Position numbers and translations under genes: made by a program. 64,000 nt of DNA from Podarcis erhardii (taxonomy: Eukaryota): NCBI GenBank assembly GCA_964252035.1, contig OZ176204.1. One strand, written 5' to 3'. The notes beneath the pieces are model-generated. The model was not told the DNA's origin and did no database searches. It saw nothing but the letters and a program-made list of their open reading frames with translations. Each line of letters opens with the position of its first letter. Position 1 is the first letter of the stretch. Positions 25,612 to 37,455 of the stretch are shown here, piece by piece.

Positions 25612-25751
25612 CCGTATTTTTCCGTGGGTTTTTTTACCACAAAATTAGGTTTAAAATTGGGGCTCATCTTTTACATGGGTAGTGCTGGGGGGTGTTTTCT
25701 TAATTTGGAGTCCCCCAAAATAGGGGGCGTCTTATATACAGAAAAATACAG
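25612..25751. mobile_element. Short Tc1/mariner-type MITE (CCGTATTTTTC termini)
   Basis: TA|CCGTATTTTTCC...GAAAAATACAG|TA. Confidence 0.7.
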
Positions 25752-25757
25752 TAAATA

Positions 25758-26031
25758 CAGTCATACCTCAGATTGCGAACGTGATCTGTACGGGAGGCAC
25801 GTTAGCAACCTGCAGCACCACGTCTGTACACGTGAGTGACGCGATTCGGCACTTCTGTGGCATCATTTTGTGCTGCTGTGCATGTGCGACATTTTGTGGC
25901 ATCATTTTGTGCTGCTGTGCATGTGCGAGCACTGAAACCTGGAAGTAACCCATTCCAGTACTTCCGGGTTCGGCACAGCCTGTAACCCAAAAACGCACAA
26001 CCCACAGTGTTCGCAACCCGAGGTATGACTG
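25758..26031. mobile_element. Tc1/mariner-type MITE, family B
   Basis: TA|CAGTCATACCTCAGATTGCGAAC...TTCGCAACCCGAGGTATGACTG|TA; internal tandem copy of catcattttgtgctgctgtgcatgtgcga. Confidence 0.85.
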
Positions 26032-26945
26032 TAGACAAATAAAATCCAGTAAAATATATCCATTCCATACTTCAGCTTGGCTATGATACACTGTCAATTG
26101 GCTTCTCCATTCCCAGAACACTCTCTTAACAGCCACTCCACTTGGTCATTAAACATTGGTGTAAATTCTGCCTCAAAGTGCTTAATTTGCTGTTTCATGC
26201 CCACCGCCTTTTTCAAATGTACCCTATAGGCAGGGACTGTATTGTTTTTTAATCTTTCTGAAGTGTCTAAAAATCTTTATAGGCAGCAGCAGTAGCAGTG
26301 CTCCTGAAACTGAAGAGCAAATGGTTAGGTGAGGGAATCTTAGACAGTGCCAACCTTTTTTGAAACAGCAATGTGTGAAGAAGTCCAAACATTCCTTTTT
26401 AAAGTAGCACAGGATGAGCACTCCACTATGGTGGCAATGGAACCCAAAGAGCACACAGCCTCCCAATATAAAGTTCACAAAACAGGCATTTGTGTAATGC
26501 ATCATGAGTGATGTCACAGGCACAAGTTGTCTGTGATACACAACTGCATACTACAAGGACATCCCAGTAGTAATGTGTGTTCTAACAGAAGGATGATTTG
26601 TGTTCCGCCAGTAATGTAACATAGCAGTTCTGAGTGTTGGGCTGAGAGATATCCCTGCAACCCAACCTTGAGTTAGTCAGGGGCACAACAGCTGAACAGC
26701 AAATGTGCATAAAGGGATAATCAGAAAAAGGCCCTAAAATCCTGTTCTTTTGGCACTGTGTTATCCCTCTTTTTTATGTTGGCTGTTAATTGCCAGAGTA
26801 CTATTAAATTGGATCGTGTGTACTGTAGAAACAGAGTCTCAACAAACATGCATGTAGCTATACCCATTTTTCTAAAAAGGCTACTGGAGCTTTGAATACT
26901 GCAGCAGCTGAGATTATTTTAACAGTTTGAGGAACCACTTGAAAT

Positions 26946-26966
26946 TTTATTTCCTTACTGTTTATT
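26946..26966 (-). terminator. Candidate LRRC3 polyadenylation signals (two AATAAA on - strand)
   Basis: tttatt at 26961-26966 and 26946-26951 are the first AATAAA hexamers on - downstream of the LRRC3 stop. No transcript support. Confidence 0.3.
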
Positions 26967-27979
26967 GTTTCAGCAAATGAGCTGCATTGCCTAGGAATTT
27001 TTGTCAGCTGGAAAGACATGTTGAGTGTAGCAACTTGCCCCCTAATTTTTGTTTAGTTTACATATAATCCATACCCTACTTTTCTGCCTTACTAAATACC
27101 AGCACCAGCTACATCTTAGGACCATCCTTGAGGAAGGGGGGTGGGTTTGCAATATGAGAAAGAGGCATATTTAGAAATAAGCATTTTCAGTCACGTGCTT
27201 CCTTCCTCCCTTTCTGTGGAAGAAGCCTGCTCAGGCTCATTCATTACATAATATATGCTTAAAATTGTCCTCTCTGATTATTTTCAATGCTCACCTTAAT
27301 AGTGGTCACCATGAAAATAGGTTAGTAACCTAACAGAGAGTGAAGAGGTGCAGACTCCAAATGCCATGTAATACGTAAGCCCAAAGGAAGCACATACCCT
27401 CTTCAGCTTTGCAACACAAGCACACTTACATCAAACATAATTCCTGCTCACATACATGAATCTATGCGTGTGCATGCTTGCACAATTTACCGATTTGAGA
27501 GAAAGGACTTTGTGTGGTTCCAAAAACTCCTGAGACTGTGTGTTTGCAGTGTCCCAAAGAATCAAGTAAAGGTCAACCATGTACATACTTCCCATTGAAA
27601 TCAAAAGCATTTTTGGAGCCACCAAGTTCTAGACACTGCAGGGCTTTGGGGTCTCTCCCACAGAATCAAATCCTGATTGTAAACATCTCACATCAACCGT
27701 CCATTGTCCTAAAGTTCTCCTAGAAAGCAGATCTCCTTATCTCTAGTTTCTGCTGGAATCCTTCTGCTGGTAATATGGCACAGAACATGAGAACCTTGGC
27801 TTGGACACTCTTCCTATATTTATATAACAACAAGTTTTCATTTTCTATTAAACTGTTGGTTTGTTTTTGTTTTAAAAAAAGTTGTTGCAGAACTAGTTGG
27901 ACATAAATGTCCCAAGTCCCTCCCAATGTTCTTTCCTACATAGAAAACTGGAAGTCCAGCCAAGGATCAACATTCCTGG

Positions 27980-28765
27980 CTACAGGATAGTGCTGATGGT
28001 TTCTTTAGGGACCCTTGTGCTAGGCAGGGATTTCAGATATTCCAGGTGCTTCTTTGTGTCCTCTTGGTTGTGCCGAACATAGTACACCACATAGCTGATG
28101 ACTAAAGTAAACCAGCTGAACATGGTAACAAACATGGCGACATCCGTGGTTTTCTGGTGCATGTTGCAAAAGTTGATGCCCGAATCGAGGATATGGAGCA
28201 GTGGTTTCCCAGCGTACTCCTCTTGCACAGATGTCTGGCAGGTGATCTCGTTGACTGAATCGGGGTCTAGTTTCACTTCCCATAAGACTTCCTGCAGAGT
28301 ACATTCACAGTGCCAGGGGTTATTGGACAGGCGGATCATGGCATTTAAGTTGACCAGGGCTTCCTTTGGGATCCTCTGGATGTGGTTGCCAGAGAGGTCA
28401 AGCAGCCGCAGGCCATCGGCAACCCCTTTGAACGCTGCAGAATCAATCTTCTCAATGGCATTTTTTGAGAGGTCTATCTCCTGCAAGTGGGCAAGGTGCC
28501 TGAATGTGCTATTAGGGACAGAGGTGATCTTATTGGCATCCAGTTTCAAAAACATGGTGTCCTTTGGAATATCTTTTGGAATTTCATCTAGGTTGCTAGC
28601 ACTGCACAGAACAGCTGTGGCTCCCGAGTAGTTGGTGCACTGGCACTGGTCTGGGCAGGAGGTACAACAACCGGAAGGGGCGCAGAAGAGGAGGCAGAAG
28701 AGGGCTTGAGACCAGAACAACAGCGCAGGCCGAGATGCTTCAGCTGCTAGAAACATGCTGGTCAT
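27980..28765 (-). CDS. LRRC3: Leucine-rich repeat-containing protein 3 (single coding exon, 261 aa from first in-frame ATG)
   Basis: ORF 27980..28822 opens on a TTG; the first in-frame ATG is at 28765 (MTSMFLAA), the next at 28756. Features: signal-peptide-like N-terminus, LRRNT (CPDQCQC), LRRs (LKLDANKI, IDLSKNAI, LDLSGNHI), LRRCT (NPWHCECTL), TM helix (VAMFVTMFSWFTLVISYVVYYV) and the LRRC3-family tail RHNQEDTKKHLEYLKSLPS. Syntenic position between TSPEAR and TRPM2. Confidence 0.96.
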   Translation of the reverse strand: MTSMFLAAEASRPALLFWSQALFCLLFCAPSGCCTSCPDQCQCTNYSGATAVLCSASNLDEIPKDIPKDTMFLKLDANKITSVPNSTFRHLAHLQEIDLSKNAIEKIDSAAFKGVADGLRLLDLSGNHIQRIPKEALVNLNAMIRLSNNPWHCECTLQEVLWEVKLDPDSVNEITCQTSVQEEYAGKPLLHILDSGINFCNMHQKTTDVAMFVTMFSWFTLVISYVVYYVRHNQEDTKKHLEYLKSLPSTRVPKETISTIL

Positions 28766-31700
28766 CCAATCAGGAGTGTGCAGTCCTGCATGGCTGCAAA
28801 GGCAAAGGCAAGGCTCTCTCAAAATCTTTTAAACTAAGAATTCCTACCATCACACAGCTATCTGCAGAGACACAGGTCCAGCCCAGCCATCTGCTCCTCA
28901 TTCATTCCTCTTGTCTTCCAGAGGTGGGTAAGCAACCCAAATCAGTGCTGGATTAAACCCTGTGGAGGCCCCTAGACAGTCAAAATCTCGGGGGAGGGGA
29001 GGCCCTCACATTGAACTAAGAAAGCTTGATTGTAATTTTCTTTCAACATCAAATCAATATTATTTTGGCCCATTGTTGTAGGGCCCATAAGATGGTGCTT
29101 ACTCTGCCTATTTAGTAATCTGGCACTGATCACCACAGGGAAGAATATATGAATAGGTTTTTCTAGGATTTGTGATTCTCTGGTTCAGTCTAAGACAGCC
29201 GACCAAGCACCTGCTGTCCTACAAAGTTTGAGGATATGTTACAAATGCATGTTACGAAGGCCTGACAGCCAGCCAGCCTTCCTTCCTTCCTTTGCTGGAA
29301 CCATGGACATGGGTAGGGAGGACACAAACAAATGACGGCAGAAGTTAGCCCATATGGCCTTGGCAAATACATGCTCCCAAAGCCACATTGGCTGAGATTA
29401 GTACAAACACAGGTCTGGCACCAACAGTGGAAGCAGGAGGCAGGGGTGCTTAACTGGTTTTGGATCATAGCTGAAGAGGACTTTAAAGATAATCTAGATA
29501 TTGGTGTTCTTCCATTTAGAAAGGGCAGGGGACACGTGAATAAATCCTGTTTTACATTTGAATTACATTTTACTGGCTACAATGCAATGTGTTCTGACAT
29601 CTGTATTGTATTGTCCATTGTAATGTTTTTTTATGTGAGGAATTTTCTGTGTGGCAGTTAGTTTAACTGTCGCTCGGGGCCTTAACTGACACCTATGAAG
29701 AAAGATTGGTATTAGAATTCCCAGTATGCAAATAAAGGGTTGAATATATGCACATTTTGATTGGTGGGTGCAGGTTTAGAACTTTCAGTTAAACAGTGTG
29801 ATTGGCTGGGACTGGAATGGAAGGGCCAGAAGAAGCACATATAAGGTCAGCTGCTGGTCAGTGGTTAGTTAGTTGGCTGGAGACAGCTGGAGGTGCATGG
29901 TGTCTGTGGAGTCAGCCAAAAGGAAGAGACAAAACCAGAGGAAGAGGATTGGATAAGAGGAAGGAAGACCTGAGAGGGAGGTAGAGCAGCTTGGTGGATG
30001 AAGGACAGTGGAATCATTTGGCTCAGGCTGAATAGAAAAGGGGAGAACCTGCCGGCAGCACTGAAGGGAGAAGGGAGAAGCAGCTTGAAATGCTGGCCTC
30101 TGGTGACTGGCAGGAGTAGTGAGGGAAGATTCTGACGGCAGTACAGCAAGACAAGCCAGTACTTACACAGGTCAGAAAAAAGGATTGGAAAAAGTCCTCC
30201 ACTACAGTGTTGGTGGGGATTAACTTGGGTGGAGAGAACAGAAGGGCAGTTTGGCAAAAGATTTTTATAGGGTAACTAACTGCTTCCTTAAAGCTGTCTT
30301 AGTTTAACATTATAGTTGGATATAAGCTGTTGATATTTAAACTGGCAGTAACAACAAAGTGTATACTACAGCACTATTTTAAAGTAACCAGCTAAGCTTA
30401 TAATCTTGTAGGTCATAAAGGTAAAATACCTTTGTTAAATGTAATATCTGTATATGACTAGCTTTGTGCCATGCCTATCCCCCAACCTTACTGGGTTACT
30501 GGTAAGTTAAGGGTTCAGACAAAGTAAGCGAGACTGAATGAGCAGCACTGGAATGAGAGATGGATTTTGTTAATATAGATTAAGTAAGGAAATGCCCTGC
30601 CCTCCTTTCCTCCACAGGTGGCAAGAAGGAAATGGGCCTTCTCCCCTGTTATCAGAGAGGTATTAACAACAGAATGCTTATGTCACATCCATTTAACCAA
30701 AGGTTTTCCCAATAATTAATGCTAGATTCTACAATCATATATTTTTCTGATATTTGTATTTTTCAAAATAGTTTTAATGTATGCAGGAGCAACCAGTGCT
30801 GTGGTGCCAGTCACCATCTGGGCAGCAGCAACACTGCCGAGTGTGGCGGCAGGGGGGCAGTGTTTCAACCTTACCACTGTCTTGTCCCATTCAGGTATGT
30901 GACAGCACCACCCCATCCATTCCTGAAGATATTTTACATTACGAACTGCTTTGAGATTTTCTTAATAATAGTAAGCGATATAAAAGTACCTTAAAATACA
31001 TTAAAATAAATAAAATGTGTACCCTCTACATAGGGAAAAGCAGCTGTGGAGGGCAATGTGGAGTGGAGAAGTGATGAGTCTGAAAGGGGTTACGCACTCC
31101 CTTAACCCCTACCACACCTCTGCTTTAAAAAGCGTACCCTTCAGAAGTATTTTTTCCTCAATGAAACCAGGTCTATCGGGTTCGTCACATGCATTTGTGC
31201 ATAACACTCAAATATTTATTTGAATCATGTTTAGAATATATTACCAACTTCGTATGGCTGTTGATAAAATGACCCCAATTTTTAAAAAATCAAGACACTG
31301 AAAACTGCATAACTGATGGCCATTATTGTTGCTGTTGCATTTATCAATCCATGCCTCAACCAACACTACTCATAGCCAATTCTACACCACAAATTTGTAT
31401 CAGTTTTATACAAGCTTAACTATGATGGATGGGAACTGTAGTCTGTGGAAGGGTACTTACAATTCTATGACATCTCTAAATCTTTACTCATAGAACTACA
31501 ATCCCCAGAGTTCCCTGAGAAAAGGAAATGACTAGGACTGCTACACTACAGCTTAAATCTGTAGTATAAATATGCCCTGCTAGTGGCCAGCTGGGATCTA
31601 GAAAATTGAAGTTATTTTGCATTTGAACATCAGGGCATTATGGGGTGTTGATGCCCAGCTGTATGTATCCTGTTATGGATCTCAGTCTTTGACTGTAGTG

Positions 31701-32287
31701 ATGATGACGATGGTGATGATGATAGAGGAGAAATCCCCTCTATCTCCGGGAGAATCCCGCTGCTTCCCCCCTCCCTTGTCCTACCTAGGAACGTTTTCAG
31801 CGGCGGCGCTCCCTTTCCCTTTAATAGATGCGTCGTCGAGGGAATTCTGACAGGCGCAGCTTTTCCAAGCTGGGCAAGCGCCGTGACATGACAAGAGGCA
31901 TCTGCTGCTTTCCCCACAACTATTAAAGGTACATGAGTCATAACGCCCAGAGGTTTGGCCATCCCTGCTGTAAGCCCAGCAGGGAAAGAGGCTGATCTCT
32001 CCTTTCCCTCCAGGCGATGTGAATATGACACTAAAGATCTCGCTGCAGCATCCGCCCACACGGCGCTTCGCAGACTTCCGAGCACGATGCCCGCAGTGCA
32101 AAAGCAGCCCGGATCTCGGAATCCCGCTTTGCAGGGCTCCGAGAGCCTCGCCAACACTGCTTTAACTTAGATCGCTATGGATCCCATCCACCCTGCAGAT
32201 CCGTCCCCGTTAAACCGACCGGCTGGCCCTCCCCGGCGCACACCTCCCTCGCTTCCCCAACCTGAGGATAGCGTGCAGGCGCGTTAC

Positions 32288-32520
32288 CTGAGCGGAGGTC
32301 ACTGGAGCCCACCGGTCGCGACTGTGCCAAGTTTCTCCCGCGCCACCAGCGCAGCGCCGCTCTCCTGGCTACGCCCTTAGTCGAGGGGGCGGGCACAGCC
32401 CAAGGCGGCGGCGGCGGCAGCAGTAGCAGCAGCACCGCGGCGAGGACTTGCAGCCCGCTTGCGCGCAGGACTTGTTGCTGCCATCCTCTCGCCTTCCTCC
32501 CAGTCGCACACAAAGCCGTT
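32288..32520 (-). other. LRRC3: Probable non-coding first exon of LRRC3 (5' end uncertain)
   Basis: Strong - strand donor CAG|gtaacg at 32288/32287 inside the CpG island; matching acceptor ttgcctttgcctttgcag| just 5' of the LRRC3 ATG (exon 2 starting at 28793). TSS position is a guess. Confidence 0.55.
32404..32433. repeat. Compound trinucleotide repeat (GGC)5(AGC/AGT)5 in the LRRC3 CpG island
   Basis: ggcggcggcggcggc agcagtagcagcagc. Confidence 0.85.
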
Positions 32521-33633
32521 CATGGGGGCTGCCGGCTGTAATTGGATAGCGCCTGCTTGTCACCGACAGCCTGGAGGGGGGCATCCTTGGGTTTTTTAAA
32601 GGGGCAGCTGCCGCTCAGGCAGAAGGGAGGCTCGCCTTGCCTCGCGCTCACAGCCATATTGCGCTTTTACGCATTTGGAAAGCAGATCCGGGGAGGCCAG
32701 AGAAAGCCGCCAGTCCTGGTTGCGTCTGCTGTCGAGCCGACGGCTTGGGTCTCGCTCCGAACGCCGCTTTTATTAGCTACTAAAATGCCATCTGTGAAGT
32801 TGCATTTTAGTCCTCGTGTTGAGAAACGGTGGCATGGGATGGGGACCTCGCGTCTGCGCGCACGTGCCACATGCATACCCGGCATGTGTTTGCAGGCGAC
32901 ACCAAGGAAAGGTCCACGACAAACGCCGTAGGGCGTGAGCCCCGTTTGTCTGGCCCAAAGACTTAAAAGGCCGTACAGTAATTCATAGGCACTTACTACC
33001 ATTCTACGTAACAGAACTTTGGTTGCAAGTCCGCGGCGGGAAGGGATCCACACACGTGTGTTCGGATGTATAGGGAATTTTGAGAGGGGAAAACCTTTGT
33101 GAAAATTGACTGGGGCTTGCCGCCTGGAAGAAGTTCTCATACTGTCTACTTCAATTAAGCCTTTTTAGATGGGCTGAGAGATGCCAGTGTGGTAAGTAGG
33201 CTCCTGTTCAGAGGCCCTTTGCTGTATAGCTGCCATATTACACAAGATTTCTGGATCTCTTAAAAATATGCAGTGTGCAGTATAGTAGGAGACCACTTGT
33301 CATTTTCAAAACTTCAAAACTGCACTATTTGAAAGCTGTAGATCTGATTCAATATCAAAATTGTATTTGTGTACTGCTTTTGTTTGTCCAGTTTCAACAT
33401 TGCAACACTACTGAACTATTCACTGGTCACAGGTTTGTCCTGATTAGGCATTAAAATTTTGTTGCCTAAAATCTACAAGGAGAGCACTTTGGCACTCTGG
33501 TCATACTTATGAGCTTCCCATAGGCAACTTGTTGGCTCTCATGAGGCCAGGATGTTGTATTAGAAAGGCCTTCACAGTGCTTTTTGCAAGAGTCTTCTCA
33601 TGTTCACACAAACACTTAATACCCATCTCATGG

Positions 33634-33887
33634 CATAGGTGTAACCAGGATTTACATTGGGGGGAGGGAGCAGAACACACACCTGTCTTGTTCCAGAACT
33701 GAGCTACCTGTGATGCAATTGGTCAGTTCATAAAAGCCATGCGTATCACTTATCACTAGAATGCACCACATCATCATCCAAGTGACCTCAGCAAGCATTT
33801 CAATTTCAAATATTCTGATTATTTCTTTTATTTTAAATTATTTACTTGATTTAGGGGGGCAGCTGTGCTCCCCTGGCTACGCACATG
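33634..33887. mobile_element. hAT-type MITE
   Basis: tctcatgg|CATAGGTGTAACCAGG...CCTGGCTACGCACATG|tctcatgg: perfect 8-bp TSD. Confidence 0.85.
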
Positions 33888-35457
33888 TCTCATGGACTCA
33901 ATTTTAAATTGGGCCTTTGAAGGCTGAATATTCTAAGGGGGAAAAAATGAGTGCAATCAAAGGTGTAATTTTAGGCTGAATGCCCTTACCCATTCCTGTG
34001 CACAAGTGTTTCTGCTGTAGTGACCTCTTCTCCCAACTGCCACCTTAAAGGACATGCATACATAGCTCCAAACTGAATGCTGATGGTTTTTCAAGCACCT
34101 GTTTGTCTTGTAGTTTTCAACCACTTGGTTTATTTCAAATTTGTTTAAAACTGTAAAGTTGGGAAGCACTTTACTATTAAAAAAGCACTTTAAGATGGGA
34201 GGAATGGCTTTGTCATTTGCATGTGCCAGTCAGTAGTGATAAATCAGCATGTGCAAACAAGGCTTTTATTGAAAACCAAAACAGGATTACTCTGAGCTTG
34301 ATGTGGGGTATACTATGGAGGGGGACATGCACAGTAGGTTATCTGAATCATCCAGATGTGTGTCCATAGTGGTCTCACTGCTAAAATTATATAATTTGGT
34401 CACAACATATTCACGTTTCATATTTTCTGGGACCAGCCCATCAATACAATTCTATTAAAAACATGTCTTCAAGTTCTGTCTCTTTCATGAACCTTCCCAG
34501 ATTTGTCTCAGGCTTTTAGAATATTTCTACATAAAAAATCTGCAAATGAATGGGAGATCAAACTACAGATTGCTACAGATTAACAGAGAGAGTAAAGCTA
34601 TTGAGGAAAAACTAGCTGCAGTCTTGACAGTGTATTATACAATCTTCCCACCTATAAATAAAAAGCAGCAGCTTTAATGGAATCTCTGGCATGGATATAT
34701 CAACACTTGGCGAAAGCACAGCTTTTTATTAAGCAGCAGCAGACCAGTGTGAGGCATAAGCATAGAATCCATTAACATTAGCACCATTGGACTAACATGA
34801 AATATCAAGATGCCCCAATATTAAGGTGAGTATGAGGAAGAATGTGAAGTAGGAGCACTACAGTCCAGAGAAAATTCGAAGCAAAAGCATTTCAGTAATG
34901 GCATTTGAAGCAGTTTCTTCTAATTAATTTTACACATAATGGATTAGTGGTATCTTACAAAGAAGGATTAGACCAGCACCATTTGGAATTGTGAAAATGC
35001 TCATGGGAATACTCTTTGTAAAATGTTGTTTCTGTGTGATGAGTACTTGTGAGCAGGGACCATCTAGTCACTTATGCATTGCCAAAAGAAAGGGCAAACA
35101 AAAAGGATTTGTCTGTGCAAATTACCTCCATTGAAACAAATGAGGTTTGTAGTGTTGTTGAAAAAGAATTCAGAGTGTATCAGAACACTAATAGAACAGA
35201 TTAGTGGGAATTAGTATCTCTGGCCATAGTTCACTGTGTAGTCATGTTTCAAGTAACTCTTACATGATTTAAATTACACAAATGGAAATTTATTGAATGC
35301 ATAACACAAGCTAAGCTTAAGATATTTGGGGAACATTTTCCTTTTTTTACCTGAGGCTAAATCCAGAGTTTACTATTACAGTAAGAAATTGTTACTAATA
35401 GTAATTACCATGCTGCGGCATAGATTGTGGTCACATTCTTTCAGTAACTCTTCAAGC

Positions 35458-35606
35458 TAAGGTTGCCATATTTTCAAAACGTGAAAATCCAAACACAAAA
35501 CTTCCGACATGGGTTGCCATATGTCCGGATTGTCCTAGACATTTCAGTGCTTTCCGCCCAGTTTCCGACTACCATATTCCAGAATTCCGGACGTATGGCA
35601 ACCCTA
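35458..35606. mobile_element. MITE with (T)AGGGTTGCCA-type termini, two left-end copies
   Basis: aaggttgccata at ~35459 and gggttgccata at 35511; right end tatggcaacccta at ~35594-35606; relative at ~43843-43905. Confidence 0.45.
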
Positions 35607-37136
35607 CTTCAAGCAAACTAATTTAGGCTTTGAACTCAAATAAATTGACTTTACGTTGAACTCACATTGACTTCACTCACACCAGTCTTTTAGATCTGGG
35701 GTAGTCATCATGGTGCCATCTTGTTGGACTACAGTTCTCATTGTTCCTGACTACTGGCCATACTGGCTAAGGCTGGTGGGACCTGGAGTCTGGCAACTTC
35801 TAGAGGGCACCACATTCACTAACCCTTACTAGGTAAGGCCCAACAGTTTCTAGCATGAAAAACATAGAAATGGTAAGTTGCTGCAGTTTTGTCCGTTATT
35901 GTTTTTAAAGCTGAGAGCCTGGGCCTCTTGAAGCACAGTCAATTTGCCCCATAAATAAGGCAGAATAAGACTTAATATATGGAGCACTAAAAAGAGGAGT
36001 GTATTAAACGCAAGAGAACTGTAAGCAGTGCAGACAAAGCTGTGTGCATCCAAATGGCAGTACAGGATCCATCAAAGAAAACATGGAGCTTTGTGCCTTT
36101 TTAGCACCCTGGCTAAAGGCCTATACTTAGAGGTAAGTTTTATTATAGCAGCTATTAGCTAAAACAGAAACAGTTATGTTTAGAGATGATGCATCTGATT
36201 GCCAGATGCTGGAACCAAATATCTGGGAAGCTATCTTCATCTTGCACTTTTTATTGGAAATCAAATGTTGGATTATTTGGACCTTGGTCTGATCCAGGTA
36301 GGGCATTTTATATTCTTATGGATGATTGTGACATGACCCAAGAGAGCATGGAGAAAAGTAATTTGATTCAAAGACTGCACTCAGATTCACCACAAGAATC
36401 AACACACTATCAGCTGGATGGCAAAAGGGTGAGCACAGAATCAGAAAAGGGGGAAACAGTTAAGAAAATTCAAATGATGTGGGTGCCTTGAATGAACAAA
36501 CTAAGTTTTAATTATGTCAACATCTGATGCAATCTAGCTATCAGCCTACTTGCAAATTGAGAAGACAATTAGTTTTATGTTGCAGTAGAACAGGGGTGAG
36601 GAAATTTATTTCAGCCCAAGAGGCAGATCTGCCCTTTTAGGGGCCACATTCCTGTGGTGGGTGGGGCAAAAGAAAAGCTACCAAAAAGGAAACACATGTA
36701 CAGTATCTCCATTCCCTACCATTGTCAGAAACACACATGTATCAGACATGAAGGCATACGGTTCTCACTCACTTCTCTCCCTCAGCACTCTCTTATTCAC
36801 CCTCACTCTATTGCTGCTGTGGGTGGAAATGCTGCCTTTTACTTTTAAGCAGACTATCTCTGTGCACTGTGGAACTTAGCGCTAAAATTGGAGATAAGCC
36901 CTTAAGGAACAGGCAGAGGGATCTCTTATCTCCATAAAATGACATGGGGTGATTGGCAGGTGGGCAGGGCTCACCGGGACAGGCTTGGTGGGCTGGACTG
37001 TGGGATATGGTGGGCTGTATTTGGCCCAAGGTTCAGAGATTTCCCATTACTGGAGTGAAAGCTCCTGTAGTTTCAGTTGAAAAGAGCCTGGAGACTTTAT
37101 AAAACTTTACCCTGCAGGGTCTAGGATCAACAGTGT

Positions 37137-37455
37137 AGAAAGCCCATGTGATGTCACGGTTAGTGTGTTGGACTAGGACCTGGGAGACCAAGGTTCAAAT
37201 CCCCACTCGGCCATGAAGCTTACTGGGTGACCTTGGACCAGTCACTGTATCTCCACATAACGTACTTCACAGAAAAGTGACCTTGGACCAGTCACTGTCT
37301 CTCCACATATAATAATAATAATTTATTATTTATACCCCACCCATCTGGCTGGGCTTCCCCTCACATAACCTACCTCACAGAAAAGGAGAGGGAAGAGCCA
37401 TTTGCACCAACTTAAGCTCCTTGAAGGAAAAGGTGGTATAAATAATAAATAATAA
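37137..37455 (+). mobile_element. tRNA-derived SINE with an internal duplication
   Basis: ggttagtgtgttggactaggacctgggagaccaaggttcaaatccccactcggccatgaagct...gggtgaccttgg head/core; gtgaccttggaccagtcactgt.tctccacata occurs twice; A-rich tail aataataaataataaa. A relative is at ~52835-52910. Confidence 0.65.

Larger units (their letters stand above)
31820..33130. promoter_or_regulatory. CpG island / probable LRRC3 promoter and first exon
   Basis: Dense CpG and high GC against a CpG-depleted background; GC box (ggggcggg ~32385); E-boxes CACGTG at 32861-32866 and 33053-33058; lies 3-4 kb 5' of the LRRC3 coding exon. Confidence 0.8.

Noticed and set aside
28098-28631. 177-aa + strand ORF
   Set aside because: Antisense shadow of the LRRC3 coding exon with no recognisable domain.
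28766-28822. N-terminal extension MREPCLCLCSHAGLHTPDW of the LRRC3 ORF
   Set aside because: Starts at TTG and crosses the polypyrimidine tract/acceptor, so it is mostly intronic or 5'-UTR sequence.
31630-33140. Several 100-175 aa ORFs in the CpG island
   Set aside because: Expected stop-codon depletion in GC-rich DNA; most start at non-ATG codons and none resembles a known protein. Only the short strong-Kozak uORF was kept as a hypothesis.
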